Assembly: GCF_009914755.1 (NCBI RefSeq)
Contig: NC_060925.1
Strand: one strand, 5' to 3'
From: the human T2T-CHM13v2.0 reference genome, Homo sapiens
Length of the DNA stretch: 64,000 bases
Positions 15,099-29,265 of the stretch are shown one piece after another. Every line of letters starts with the position of its first letter. The stretch's first letter is position 1. The translations under genes were made by a program, and so were the position numbers. The notes under the pieces are model-generated. The model saw nothing but the letters and a program-made list of their open reading frames with translations, had not been told where the DNA came from and ran no database searches.

Positions 15099-15312
15099 CA
15101 TGCAAATAGTTTTTAAAATGTCAGAGTGCTACAAGTAAAACAAACAAAAAAAAAACCCAACCACTTCCTACCCCACCCCTTCCCACGCCCAACTGCTACA
15201 CCCAAGAGGTGACAACTTACTATTCTTTTTACCTCTTCTGATATTTACTGCCGTATTTCTCAATAGCCTGCTTATGCTTCTGTTTTATAATCTTTTCATT
15301 TTTGGCATTACC

Positions 15313-15510
15313 TGGGTTCAATTCCAGGTGCTGCCACTTACTAACTGTGCAACCCTGAACAAGTCACTAATCTGTGCCTCAGTTTCCTTATCTATGACAT
15401 GGGATCATAGTACCTACACCATAGGGCTCATGTGAGGATTAAAGGAGTTTACACATGTAAGTATTTATTCTGTGCTTGGAACATAATAAGCTCTCAATTA
15501 AGTGTTGGCG
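15313..15510 (+). mobile_element. MIR SINE
   Basis: GGGTTCAATTCCAG...CCACTTACTAACTGTG...GCCTCAGTTTCCTTATCT...GTGAGGATTAAA core. Confidence 0.8.
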
Positions 15511-15864
15511 CTATTATTATTATTACTATTAACTTCCAGGTATGAGAGATGAGGAGTCACACTCTTCTTCCAACTTCATGGTATGGTTGTATTACAACTT
15601 TTGATTAATCAATATTCATCATATTATTATCGGTATATAAATATTGTTTACAGCTGAGCCATGTAGTGTACTATGATTAAATTTCCTTTATAGTTTATTT
15701 TTTGCTCTATTTTTCCTGTATGTAATTATCGCCTTGTCTTTTAGTTTCCTAACATGAGATTTTCCCCTCCAAATCACTGACAGAATTGTGACTTTTCTGT
15801 CAATATAACCAATATGTAAGGTCACCCATTGATTCCACTTCTGGAGCCTGTTGGCCTCCTCCTC

Positions 15865-16082
15865 CTCACTGCAACCTCCGTCTCCAGGGTTCAAGTGATT
15901 CTCCTGCCTCGGCCTCCTGAGTAGCTGGGACTACAGGCATGTGCCACCTAATGTTTGTATTTTTAGTAGAGACAGGGTTTCACCATGTTGGTCAGCCTGG
16001 TCTTCAACTCCTGACCTCGTGATCCGCCTGCTTCGGCCTCCCAAAGTGCTGGGATTACAGGCGTGAGCCACCGCGCCTGGCC
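15865..16082 (-). mobile_element. Partial Alu
   Basis: CTCACTGCAACCTCCG...GCGTGAGCCACCGCGCCTGGCC; tail end missing. Confidence 0.9.
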
Positions 16083-16849
16083 TAACATATTTTTGTAAAT
16101 GAGATAGACATTAAACAAATCAGTAAAAGAAATAAGTATTAACAATTGTGGTAAGTGCAATATAGGAAAAGCAAGAGTGTTTGACAGGGAACCTAATCTT
16201 ACTAGGGAAAAGGGCAGATCAGCAAAGATTACTTGAAGAAGTGATATTTAAGCTGTGACCTCAGTGAGTAGAAATTATCCAGGTTAGAAGGTGGTACAGA
16301 GTCTAAATACAGAGGAAAAAGAAAGCAATATATGAAAGCAGTATGGTATGAAGGATCAACCGGGGATCAGAGGGTACAATGGTAGAAAGGTGTGTGACTC
16401 AGTGTGATCAGAGGGGGGCCCATGGGAGCCATGAGAAAAGTAAGCAGCAGAGGGTCCTGTCCCAGAGTCCTCTTCTGTGGCCATGGCAGGGCCAGCGTGT
16501 GTCACCCCATGGTGAAGGTGGGCAGGTATGCGTATGTCCTTCCACAGGAGCCTAATGCTAACCTTGGCAGGGTCCCCTGGAGAAGGTTTCCTGAAGGCCA
16601 CCTCAAGAGGCGGGGGCTGTAGCCCGTTAGACCTACAGACTCCCAAGTTCCTCCTTCGGTTCTTCTCCTGCTGTCTCTTTGTTTCCACTTGACTCAGTTT
16701 TGCTCAAGCAAATGTCTCCATTTGTTCAACAAACATTGTTTGAGGACAGTAGAAGATTACATTAGTGTTCAAATGTTTACTGTCCCCCTACCCAGTGAAG
16801 CAGCATCCTTTTCCGCCCCATGGCCTGGGGCTCGACCATAGGACTTGTT

Positions 16850-17180
16850 TTGCAAAGCCACTGGAAGTGAGTGGATGGGACTGAAGCCGAATTGAAATGC
16901 ACTCGTTCCGACAGGCTTTCCTTCTCCTCCTCTACCATTGCCAGGAGAACTTCCAGGCCTCCCACTGCCCTTCAGCCCAAACCCCAGGACGAACACATGC
17001 AGAGCTGCTCTGTTTGGGCCAAGCCCAGGTAGCCTACATGCCAAAGCAGTCACCCAGTCAAGCCCAGGGGGACCCGCTGAGCCCCCTCCAGCTACCCTGC
17101 AGAAATGAGAATGAGAACAAATAGTTTGAAGCCACTGAGTTTGGGGGTGGTTTGTTCCACAGCAATGGATGACTGATACA
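16850..17180 (+). mobile_element. Old MLT1 LTR fragment
   Basis: Ends TTTGAAGCCACTGAGTTTGGGGTGGTTTGTT...AGCAAT...ACTGATACA, a typical MLT1 3' end. Confidence 0.6.
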
Positions 17181-17579
17181 AGGGACTACCACGGCTCAAG
17201 GTCCCACCCACATAACCCTTGGGAGTTCAGTGGGAAGCAAAGGCAGACCCTCATGAAATGAACAGTCTGGCGAGATGTAGATTAGAATCAGACAAGAAAG
17301 TGTGAAAATCGCCCCCATGACAAGTGCAATGAGGGGTTTCATGGGAGCGTGTGCCATAGGAGCAGTGAGCAAGTCAGACCACAGAGAGTCTGTGGCCACG
17401 TAAGGTTTTTGGACTCTATTTTAAAAGCAGTGAGTGGGGGTCTGAAATGTGACTTTGCAAAGATCATTTCTGCTGTCGAGTGGGAAACAGATTGGGAGGG
17501 GCTACGAATGCCAGGAGGTGGGTGAGGAGGCTCGGCAGTCAACCAGGTGAGAAGTGATGGTGGCACGTGGCTGTCAAGG

Positions 17580-17917
17580 TCACGATCAAGGTGTGGGCAA
17601 GGCTGTGCTCTCTCTGAAGGCTCTGGGGGAGGATCCTTCCTTGCCACTTTCAGTTTCTGATGGTTGTGGGCAATCATTGGCATTCTTTGGCTTGTAACGC
17701 ATCACTCCAATCTCTGCTTCTCTTCTCTGTGTTTCTGTGTTCAAATCTCCCTCCTCTTATGAAAAGGACACCTGTCATTAGATTAAGGCCTGTCCTAATC
17801 CAGTATGGCCTCATCTTAACTTGGTTATGTCTGCAAATACCCTATTTCCAAATAAGGTCGTATTCACAGGTTCCAGGTGGACATGAATTTTGGGGGCACA
17901 CTCTTTAACCCAGTACA
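17580..17917 (-). mobile_element. MLT1B/C-type LTR fragment within L2 remnants
   Basis: CTCTGAAGGCTCTGGGGGAGGATCCTTCCTTGCC...AATCCAGTATGGCCTCATCTTAACTTG...TTTCCAAATAAGGTC...AACCCAGTACA. Confidence 0.75.
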
Positions 17918-18677
17918 GAGTGGCATGGGGTGGGGGCAGAGGATGTGACAGGGTGGACAGTGTTGGGGGTTACTTGGGAGGGGGGGAATGAATGGAATGC
18001 GGGAGGGGGCCACCGGTGGGCCATCTGGTGCCCTATTCTTTTCTTGACCACCTTCTGACCCTTCTGTCTGGCCACGGAGCCAGTCCTTAGAGCCGACGTC
18101 TGCTCATTTCTTTGTCATGTGGTCAGGCTTGTCCCTGACTTGCACAGATCCTTTATGTGGCTATTGTTCTGCTTATGATCCTTACTGGGGCTGTGAAGGC
18201 AGCACCTACCCTTTTCTTTGCCACTTGGTACTCCCAGTGCTCTGGGTTCAGAAGAGTCACTGTCAATCTGACCTGGGCCAACGTGCAGCTTGGCTTTTGA
18301 GTTCAGGGGTTCAAGTCCTGGCCCTACCACTTACTGGCTTGGCGACTCCGGGAGATCTATGTAACCACTTTGTATCTCAGCTTCCCCACCATAGAGCGGA
18401 GATAATCGTAGAACCCACCTCCTAGGAGGGTCACATGAGATGCTCCCAGTACCATACAGAGCATGGTGCCTGGCACATAGCACTCAATAAATTTTAGCTT
18501 TGAAAACATCTATTGTCATTCTATGGGTTTGGGTCCCTTAATTATTTCTTCTTCCAACCTGATATCTCCTGAAGAGAAAGATCCAGGACATCCCAACTGA
18601 AACAGCCCTCCCAGAGCCGGCATCACTGAGTTTTCAGCTGGAATGTGCCAAGCTCTGTGCAGAAGGGTGGCAGGACA

Positions 18678-19040
<363 letters not shown>

Positions 19041-20043
19041 TCACTCTCATTCTCCAATCTGGTCCCTCATGGGATCAACACTAACTTTAAAACCTCCCAG
19101 CACAGAGCAAGGCATACAACTTACATCCAATAAATGCTTGCTGAATGAATGAGGCCGTTGATCCTCTGGCTGGGGACAGGGGCATCCTGAGATGAGGATG
19201 GAGCAGAGAAGCTGGACCTGTCGGTTTGGACTCTTTGTCAGGGTGTTGACCAAACACAGCAAGCCCTGTGGTGGGGAACAGGAGGGTGAGATGTATCCCT
19301 GACTATTGGAAGTCTCTGATCTGTTATTTGAGACAGAAAGGTGACCTTTTCTAGAATATTTATATAGAGTCTTAAAATTTGAACTGAAGCCACTGAATAC
19401 AGGTCTTTCTCCCTCTCTAAGTTTAAAAAAAAAGATCACAGAGCAAACTTATATAAAATGATTATTTGTTAACACTGTTACCATCTGGAATGATCTCATT
19501 TATTGTTTACTATTGGTCTCTCCCACTGAAATGGAAATTCTCTAAGGCCCAGAGCCTGGTCCATGTTGTTTATCACTCTCCAGCATGCAGAACAGCACTG
19601 TTCCATATTTATTCATTAGGTTCCTAAATTTTTAATAAAAATAAATACTGAAGGGCCAAATAATAAACACTTGGAGGGGGTTTCACTTTGATTGTTTAAT
19701 GGAGTTTTACTACATTAATACTATTAAAATTAATTAATTATATATAATGTATATTCAAGATGTCCCATGGATAGAAATAAACTGAAATACTGTTAAAAGC
19801 AACTGGTGAAGATTTAAGATAGGCACCAATATCACAGTCTGCTGTTACTTCACTGTGTTTTTGAAGAACTTTGCAATAGTTATTGTCCCAAACCCAATAT
19901 CATCTCTTTATTATTTTTTTCTCAAAGTCATAGGAACTCTTTCCAAGCCTGTTTATCATCTAATGTCTCATTTAAATCTCCCCAAAACTTTGCTCTTAGT
20001 CTTTTCCTTTATTCGTGATTAACAAAGTCTGATAGAGCTATAG

Positions 20044-20076
20044 TGCAATATCATGCTTTGCCAGCAGGCGTCGCTG
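20044..20076 (+). promoter_or_regulatory. Candidate CTCF site (core plus upstream motif)
   Basis: TGCAATATC-N5-TTGCCAGCAGGCGTCGCTG, an isolated GC-rich motif in AT-rich DNA. Confidence 0.55.
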
Positions 20077-20189
20077 TCTGACAAGATGTGATCCAGTGTG
20101 AGCACTACAGTAATTTATGACCAAATGATCTACAAAATGAATCAATGTACTAAATTAGGGAATATTATGAGATCAAAATTCTGCAAGAA

Positions 20190-20319
<130 letters not shown>

Positions 20320-21707
20320 TTAACATATAAACACTCTACTTCTGTTTTGCATCATGAGATAAGTACACATCTTATGCTAAGGATGCATAATAGATGTAGA
20401 TTTTATTAATATGCTTCAGTGTTCTTCATGTTCTGGTGGATCTTGCTACAATTCTGTGTTGTGGATACCAAGCTTTTCTTTAAAAAAAAAAACCTATTAT
20501 CTTGAAAATTCTCAAAATCCTTGATTTCATTCTAGCACAATTAATTGTGTTCAGTTAATGTTGGTTGAATGATTGCACCACCTCCCCAGTTTCTGGGGAA
20601 ATGTGTAGAGCAGTTCTACAGATGAGAACAGGAAATCTCAGAAAGGTTAAGTAACTTGCTCAAGGTCACACAGCTGATGAATGGCAGAGCTGGGGGTTGC
20701 ATTGGGTTTGTCTATTACCAAATCCTTTGCACATTTGCTCCAATCAGCAAAAGGGACTCAGAGAAGATGGCAGCCTTTAACACTTGTGAGGGCAGCAGGA
20801 TTCTGTGCTAAGAGCTCAAGGCTCAGAACCATCATCAGAAAAAGCAGCTGATGCTAATTCACCATCTATCAAGTTTCTCTTCACCATTTCCCGGAGACAG
20901 ATTAAAGACATGAGCAAATTGTGCTGATGCAAGTGATAAAATGTGTGTGGGGGTGGGGTGGAGTTGGGGAGGGGGTTGGGGATGACACCACTGGGAGCCC
21001 AGAGCCACCTCCCTCCCGACTCACCCCTGCAGTACACAGATCTTTGTATAAGTCCTGAGTCACCCTTCAAATTTTTGGATAGTATCTATCAGCTTATGTC
21101 ACAATGTTGCAAGATTATGTATCTTTTTTTAACAAACAATAGTATCAGCATGCTAGGGTGATTCTGAGCCCTTCTGACACATAAACTGGCTTCCAGGATT
21201 GCTCAACATTGCCCCATGCTGCAGCAGTCACTGCCGGCTGACCAGCCTTCCATCATCCAGCCAACCTGCCCAGCGTCCTGGAGGAGAGAAGGCCCACTCC
21301 CCAGGGGTTCTTCTGGGAAATTTAGGTCAGCAGGGTCTAATTATTCAACTGGATCAAGAGCTGAGATTTCCAGATTAACGCCGAAGGGGGGTGGGGTGGG
21401 GGTGCTGAAGACTTTTCATCAGGAACTGTCTTTCAGGGCCTTAAACATCAAAGCTGGGTCTCTAGCTCCAAAGTGCCCCAGTCTGCCCTGGAAGCTTCCC
21501 AGATGTTAAGAGGTGAGGCTTGGTGGAGTTCCTCTTAGCAAAGCTGACAACACCATGGCCCCAGGCCACGTGGCCGTAGCACCAGCCCCATGAGATGACA
21601 GTGTCTGGTAGATGCCACACACACAGTGAATAATCCACCAAACAGGGCTACTCTCCCAAGGAGAAATGAACCCATCAGAGGCAGCTGTGATTTTCAGCAA
21701 TGACTGA

Positions 21708-22446
<739 letters not shown>

Positions 22447-22464
22447 AATTATTATTATTATTAT

Positions 22465-22596
22465 TTAATTTTTGTGCAGAGTCTGTGTCTTGCTCTGTTG
22501 CCCGGGCTGCTCTTGAACTCCTGGGCTTAAGTGATCTGCCTGCCTCAGCCACCCAAAGTGTGGGGATTAAGGGCGTGAGAGCCACCACCTCCAGCC
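22465..22596 (-). mobile_element. FLAM/AluJ monomer
   Basis: TTTTTGTGCAGAG...CTTGAACTCCTGGGCTTAAGTGATCTGCCTGCCTCAGCC. Confidence 0.8.
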
Positions 22597-23199
22597 TCAA
22601 CTGATCTTTTAAATGGGAAGCACCCCTAAGCTGCTGGCCATGGCTGCCCACCTGACTAGTCTGGGTTCAACATTCCTAAACCGCTGGCACCTGGAAAGTC
22701 AGAATGCCCACTCAGGCCCGCCCAGCCCAGGGCAGTTGGTTGAGTCTCCGTAATCCTATTCTGAGTTCAAACAAAGCTAAACCAAACTGATTTTCAGCAC
22801 CGTAAAATGAGAGACATCAAACTTTGTAATCTCACAGTTCAATTGGGTTCCAAGCTCTGGACAGCTGGCCTCGGGCCAGGCACTGTTTCCTCGCCTTTAC
22901 AGTGAGTGTGTCATTAGTCCCACCCTCACTGTACTGGGTTATGGTAAAGACACAGTAACTACGGAAGCCCCGCTATTTGTTTCGGCTCCCCCAGAAAGGC
23001 TAACTCCTCACCGTTTTCAATGGACACTACACAGCGAGGGGTGGGGAATGCCAGGAGATTTTGCTCTCAAAACAGCAAAGTCTTTAAAATCTTCCCAGTC
23101 CCAAGTGACTGCTCTGTTCGGGGAAGGGGGAGGAAAATTCCTTGAACGAGCTAGAGCCACAGGACAAGTCCCCAGAGGCTGGGACCTGTTCAGGGAGCA

Positions 23200-24720
23200 G
23201 CCCTGCGGATGCCAGGTGCCCGCGCCCTCAGGGTCTCGAGGTCCGAGGCCCCCGTCCCCGTGGGCACCGAAACGTGAGCGGCCGAAACAGCGCTGCAGGA
23301 GGCTCCCTGGACCCCCGGCGGCTGCCCACTCGTCCCCGCTGGGCACTTCAGAGGAGGCCGGCGAGGCCTTGCTCGGGGTTCCTGGGACAACCCCACTCTC
23401 CGCGAAGATTTCTCCTTCTCGTAAGACCCCCGCCCCCACTCCAGCCTCCCACGGCTGCAACCCAGGCCCTGCGCCACGCGTTTCCCAAAGACGCCTCCGG
23501 AGGGACCCGAGCTTCGGGCCGGCAACACCAGGGCGGCGGCTCGGGAGAGGGCTGCGGACTAAGGGGGCGGAGGGGGCGGCCGAACCAGCGCCGGGCTGAC
23601 GCGCCCCGCGCCCCGCGCCCCGCGCCCCCGGCCTTCCCTGCAGTGCTGAGTGGTCCGTGCGCCCGAGGTCGGGGGCGGGGCGGGGCGGGGCGGGGCAGGG
23701 ACGGCCCCGCCCACCGGCGCTTTTCTCTTTTTTTTCACTTTAAAGCCGTCGGTTGCTTTTTCTCCTCCGCACAGAAGTCGCGCTCGGGCAGCCTGCGCGC
23801 TCGCAGCAGGAACCAGGCTCCAGGCGCCGGCGCCGGGGCCGCGGGGAGGAGGCGACTTCGCTCCCTGCGGCGGGCGCGGCCCGGGCGCCCGAGCCTCCTC
23901 GGCCTTGGAGAGCAGCGGCGGCGGCGGCACCCCGGGCGCGGTAGGCGGCGCGGGGCACCTGGGACCCCGATGGGTGGGCGACCGGCCCGGGAGGGGGAGG
24001 CGCGGGGGGCCGGGCGAGGGCGGACGCGGGGATCGCGCCGCTGGGGGACCGAGTGGGTGGCGCGGGGCCGGGCGCGGGGGAGCGGGTGGAGTACGGGATG
24101 GGGACTCGGGGCGCGGCCCCTCCCGCGGTGGCTCCGGGGGCGCCTCCCTCGCCGCGGCTCCTGGGAGAGGGGCCCAGGCCCGCCCCGCGCTGCCGCCGCT
24201 GCAGGGCAGGGGGTCCCGGGGCGAGGCGCGGCGGGGGTCTCGGGGCGCGGGGACCGTCGCAACGAGTTGCGGTCCCGAGGAGGGGCTGGGGCGCTCCGGG
24301 GCCGCCGACCCGTCCCCCCTTTGGCCCGGGGAAAGCGGGACCCCGCTCGGCTGAGTTAGTTTCGCTTTTCCCGCCAGTCCGAGTCGGGATTGGCGGCGCG
24401 GCCCGGTCCCCCGTCGGGGCGCCCCCACCCTCCCGCAGCGCCTCCCCCAGGGAGCCTGCCGGGGACACCCGAGCGCCGCCCTCCCCGCCGCCCCGGAGCC
24501 GCCGCGGCTTCTCCCAGCAGCGGAGGGAGAGCCGGAGGGTTGTCAGGAAATCGATTAAATCAGAAAAACAAGGGCGGCCTGGGCCCGCGGGAGGAACCGC
24601 GGATGGGTCACCGTCCCCGGGCGTGTACTGGGCTCGGTGGCGTCCAGGTTCCGGTGAGGACGGGACGGCCCCGAGAGGAGGGTGCGGGTCTGCAGGAAGA
24701 GCGGGTGTCTCTGAGAGTGC
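23200..24720. promoter_or_regulatory. SPSB1: CpG island / promoter of a + strand gene (probably SPSB1)
   Basis: Very high GC and CpG density; five tandem GGGGCG boxes at 23671-23700; TTTAAA at 23739-23744. Confidence 0.8.
23745..23940 (+). other. SPSB1: Non-coding first exon (5' UTR), probably SPSB1; start approximate
   Basis: Downstream of GC boxes and a TATA-like element, no ATG, ends at donor-like GCG|GTAGGC. No coding exon in the following 40 kb, consistent with SPSB1's long intron 1 (recall, unverified). Confidence 0.6.
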
Positions 24721-24724
24721 ATCT

Positions 24725-25256
24725 GCGTGTGTGTTTGTGCGTGTCCTTGTGAATATGTGCCTGCGTATGAGTGTGTCTGTGTGTTCATGTGGGTGTGTGT
24801 GTGAGTGTGTCTCTAAGTGCATCTGTGTATTTATGTGCCTCTGAGTGTGTGTGTGAGTCTGTGTGTCTGTCAATGTGTGCCTGAGACTCTAAGTGACTGT
24901 GTGTGTGTGTGTCTGAGTGCGTCTTTGTGTATTTGTGTGTGCCTCTCTGTGTATGTCTGTGTGTCTTTGTGAGTGTGTGTCTGTGTGTGAGTGTGTATGT
25001 GTCTTTGGGTGTGTGTCTCTGCAAGTTTGTGTCTCTGAGTGTCTGTCTCTGCAAATGTGTGTCTCTGTGTCTTTGTGTCTGTGTGTGTCTTTGCGTGTGT
25101 GTGTCTTTGTGTCTCTTTGTGTGTCCACACGTGTCTCTGTGAGTGTCTGTCTCTGTGTCTGTGTCTCTGAGTGCGTCTGTGTATGTGTGAGTGTCTGTGT
25201 GTCTCCAAGTGTGTGTCTGTGTGTCTTTGTGTGTGTTTCTCTGTGAGTGTGTGTGG
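24725..25256. repeat. Degenerate (TG)-rich simple repeat, ~530 bp
   Basis: GTGTGTCTGTGTG-type runs; source of the Cys/Val and Thr/His pseudo-ORFs. Confidence 0.95.
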
Positions 25257-26064
25257 GGACCATCCAGGGGGCCCTCTGGTTCCTAGGTACTGCTCCTCAT
25301 GGTGATTTCTTTACTTGGTTCTGGATAGCCGGGCATGCTGGGCCACAGACACCCCACTAGGCAAGCCCTGCTGGTGCCCCCGAGGAGAGCGCAGGCTCTT
25401 CCTCTCTCCATTTCTCTGAAAATGAACTACACAGTTTGGGGGTGAGTTGGCAGGGGCTGCTTCCTGAGTGAGTAATATTTAATTAAACACTCCAGTCTGT
25501 AGCATCAGAAACTGGTCATGAGTTGAGTTTTAACAGGTGTTCATGGTAAAAGCGCCATCCCTGGTGACTAAGGTTTGATGTCCTTGGAAGAATTTTCTCG
25601 TTGGGGGGGCTGGGCCCACAACTTCATTTCTCATCGTGGGGTGTGAGGAGAACAGCAAGCAAGGAAGGGGATGGGGGCCTCTCCCTTCTGCCCTGTCCCC
25701 CTCCTCAGACCCCCCTCCCAGTGGTGGAAAGCCCTGGGCTAAGCATGGGCAGCACAGGTGGTCTCTCCACACTGAGGAATTTTGGAGTCAGGGAAGTCCT
25801 GTCTTACTGTCTAGGCCAGCCTGTCCTAGAGAGGCCCAGAGAGGGCGGTTCACTTACCCAGACTGCACAGCCAGGGCTGTGGACCAAGACTCCCCAGTCC
25901 TGAAACTGTTGCTCTTGGTTACTGTCCCCAGCACTGAGGTCATGGGCCAGGCACTTCGTGTCTCCCCAGCTGTGAAGTGATGGGCTGGATTAGATCATTT
26001 AAAGCACTCCTGCTCTCTTACAGCTGCTTTTCTTCTGCAGGGAGCACTTTACCCAGTAGATGGA

Positions 26065-26122
26065 GTGTGTGTGTGTGTGTGAGAGTGTGAGAGTGTGTGT
26101 GTGTGTGTGTGTGCGCGCGTGC
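26065..26122. repeat. (TG)n/(CG)n microsatellite
   Basis: TGTGTG...GAGAGTGTGAGA...TGTGCGCGCGTGCG. Confidence 0.9.
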
Positions 26123-27299
26123 GGTTGGGGAGGTGTGGAGTGGACTAAGGCAATCACTTTACAAGTCTTCCTTTTCCAGTCTGGCTACCACCCTAGCAGC
26201 AGAGAAAACAAAAGCAGTAGCATGTTGGCCCCAGTGGCTCAGACAGCCCCGAGCAGGGAGCAAGGCGGGTGCCATGCCGGCTTCAGAGAGACCTGGCCCT
26301 GGGAAGAATCAGTGGGTTTCAGGGCTCTTAGGAAGGGGTGGGCCTGCCTGGGGCCCTGGTGATGTCACTTTGGAGCTGGGTGAGGCCGTTTCTTGGGCTG
26401 CTGTAGTAAGGCTGGATCCACCCTTCAGTGGGTCCCTCTGGGCTGCTGCAGAATCTCACCCCCTTGGAATCATCACAGATGTTGAATTTCTTCACCAGAG
26501 CTGGGGAATGGGGTGGGGGCCTAGCCCGTGGAAGCCAGCGCTGCCCTCCCACCCCCATGGTGTGTGCCGTGCTCCCTTCCTGCACCTGCCCCTCCTCCTG
26601 GGTGGATGGAAACTTGCCTGCAGACGCATTTTCAAATTCAGCGAAACCTCTGATTCTTACGGTGTTCATGAGTTCGTCTGGGCATTTTGTATCAATTTTT
26701 CTCGAGAAATAGGTTGTAGCTGGTGTGCATGACTCAGTGTATCTTTTTGTTCTGAAAAATTTTATCAGACGACAGCACAAGGTCAGGTACAGGTGTGCCT
26801 CAGTCTGCCCAGGGGTGTGTTATCCTCTCCCCAGCCCTCAACACTAGATCAGTGAAATCCAGACTCTAAGGGACTTTGATTTTGGACTTTCAGTGAGTGC
26901 TCTCCCCTCCCCCAGTTATCTGATAACATCTCCCCCAGTCTAAAGTTCCACTGGCAGCCAGGTGCCCGGCTCTGTGCTACAGAGTGCTTTATGGACGTGA
27001 CTTTGTTTGAATCCTAAGCATAATAATAGCGGGAAATGGTTTCATGGTTTCACGGTGCGTGCGAGTACTGGCTCTGATCTGAGTCCTTGACGCATTGACT
27101 CATGGGCTTCCTGAGGACCCTGAGAAGTGGGTTTTGCCTCCATGTCCATTCTGCTGAGGATTGCAGGTAACTTGGCTAAGGTCTCGCGGCAAGGGAATGG
27201 TGGAGCCAAAACTCGAATCCAGACTTGGCACCCAAGCCCTTCACCAGTAAGTTTGTCACCTCCACCACCTGAGCCTTTTCTTCAAGAAGCATGGGCTCA

Positions 27300-27590
27300 T
27301 TTTTTTAGTGAAATTTTTTGTTATTATGGAAAATGTCAAACACACCAAAGTTAGAGGCAGAGTATAATGAGCGATCAGGTTTCCTCACCTCGCATGCACA
27401 CACATACACATACTCACATATGCACATGCATACTTATGCTCACAGAAGATGTGCACATGTGTACACACACATACACAAACGTGTGCATGCACACATACAT
27501 ATGCACACACACATATGCACACATACACACACACGCTGGATTATTTTGAAGCAAATACAAGATGTCAGGTCATCTGTAGCTTCTTCCTAA
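27300..27590 (-). mobile_element. Old L1 (L1ME-like) fragment containing a (CA)-rich simple repeat (27392-27535)
   Basis: TTATTATGGAAAATGTCAAACACAC...AGAGTATAATGA...GGATTATTTTGAAGCAAAT flanking the CACATA repeat. Confidence 0.6.
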
Positions 27591-28349
27591 GAAGCATTTA
27601 AAGGAAGCATCACATCTCAAAGAGGTTGACTGTTACTCTATGCGGGGCAAGAGTCGGGAGATGTACGTCCTTTCTGACTTGGGCTTGAGGCTCCTTCCTT
27701 GCTTGGACAAAGGGAGGATGGCAAAACCCAACAGCACATTGGGGGATCTGTCCTGCTGCCAACCCCCTGAAACCTTTGGGAAGCTGCCTGTTTGCTTTGT
27801 GTTTTAAAAGTTCTGTTCATTGCCCAACGTTAAAAATAAATGAGTCCAGTGGTCATGAGACAGACCACATCAACAACAGGCTTAGGCTCTCGGGGCCTTT
27901 CTTGGAGATGGGGAAGAGAATCCGCCAAGGCACAGCCCAGCCTTGCCTGCCATTGAGGTCCAGACCTTGTGCAATGCAGGCATGGGATTTGTGGCAGGGC
28001 TGGGTGTCAGGAGATGTGACTGTGAGAATGGTTTGTCAACAAGCTCTGAATCTGACCTGAAGCTTAGCCTGACCCTCTTGAGTTTACTGCGTAGGCGATG
28101 GGTGGAGGAATCCAAGAACCTCTGCCACCCTTGGGCGTCTCTTGGAAAACTAGGGAGGCATTGGGTGATTTGAGCACAAGATGAAGAAAATATCAGGATG
28201 CAAACTCCACACTTGAGAAATGACTGCTGAGTAGGAATATAGGATTCCAGGGTTGGAAAAACCTACCTGTGACAAGGGCTTGACGGGTGCCCCAGTTGTG
28301 AACACACCTTGCCAGACAGTCAGAGTGTGGCCAATCTGGTCACACCCTT

Positions 28350-29160
28350 TCCAAGGTCAGAGTGAGGAGCTGCACTCCACACCAAGAGAACCACTTGAGT
28401 TTTCTAATTTATACAAGCAGACACCAAGGGAGCATGTGTGGGAGTGGATATTAGGATGTGGAACGAACATGAAGTTGGATCTGGCCGAATTTATGGATAT
28501 GGGCCCACTAAGCGGAGATTCTGCACTTGATGTTGTAGCTCAGGGGGTTAAGAAGAGATCTGTTTGGTTGGCTGACTGGAACATGGATCAAAGGATGACC
28601 CACTGTGAGTAAGTTGGAGTTTCTGGGTCTCCTTTGGTTTAATGTAGAGTTAGGGATTCATAGGCTTAGGTTTCATGTAGAGTTAGGGATTCAAAGGCTT
28701 AGGGACATTGGAATGCTGGAGTGGATTTGTCTCTTAAAAGCTACTCACCCACACTGGGAAGGTTCAGAAGACAGATCTTTCACCCATACGTTGAGAAATA
28801 GATTTGTGAGGGGGCCCCAGCATCCCTGAAGAGCTCCGTGATCCAGCCCTTACAGTGGGAGCCGCAGTCACTCAAATGGAAAACTTAAATGCAACGGGAG
28901 TAATTGCATTTGGAGTGCAGGGGCCAAGTGGCAGTACTCAGCCATCCAAGGCAAGGTGAGTGTGGTTACCTAATGGACGGCAGAGGCAAAGCTGCCGTCA
29001 GAATAGTCTGACTTGTGTGGATCTATGGCATTGGATAGTTAATCATGGTGTTCCTAGAAGTGAAATAGACAGGAAACCTGTGAAATTCTTACTTGATCTT
29101 ATAAGTTACTTGATTCTTTTAAGTTTTCTGTATAAGCAGAAACTTACAGGTCAAATGAAA
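28350..29160 (+). pseudogene. ERV-L gag remnant
   Basis: ORF fragments 28253-28612, 28605-28829 and 28960-29175 (LWHWIVNHGVPRSEIDRKP) match HERV-L gag motifs. Confidence 0.85.
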
Positions 29161-29265
29161 AAAAGTCTAACTTGAATAATTAAAACAGAAAAATAATTAA
29201 AACAGAAAATCACAGCCCTCAATCAACTTCCCAGACTTAACCCAGTTTACACAACTAAGCCCCCA

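Noticed and set aside
23048-24873. Long overlapping ORFs (405, 377, 289, 263 and 234 aa) on both strands
   Set aside because: Arg/Gly/Pro/Ala-rich with no recognisable domain; these result from stop-codon scarcity in a CpG island.
24785-25263. Cys/Val- and Thr/His-rich ORFs
   Set aside because: Translation of the (TG)n repeat.
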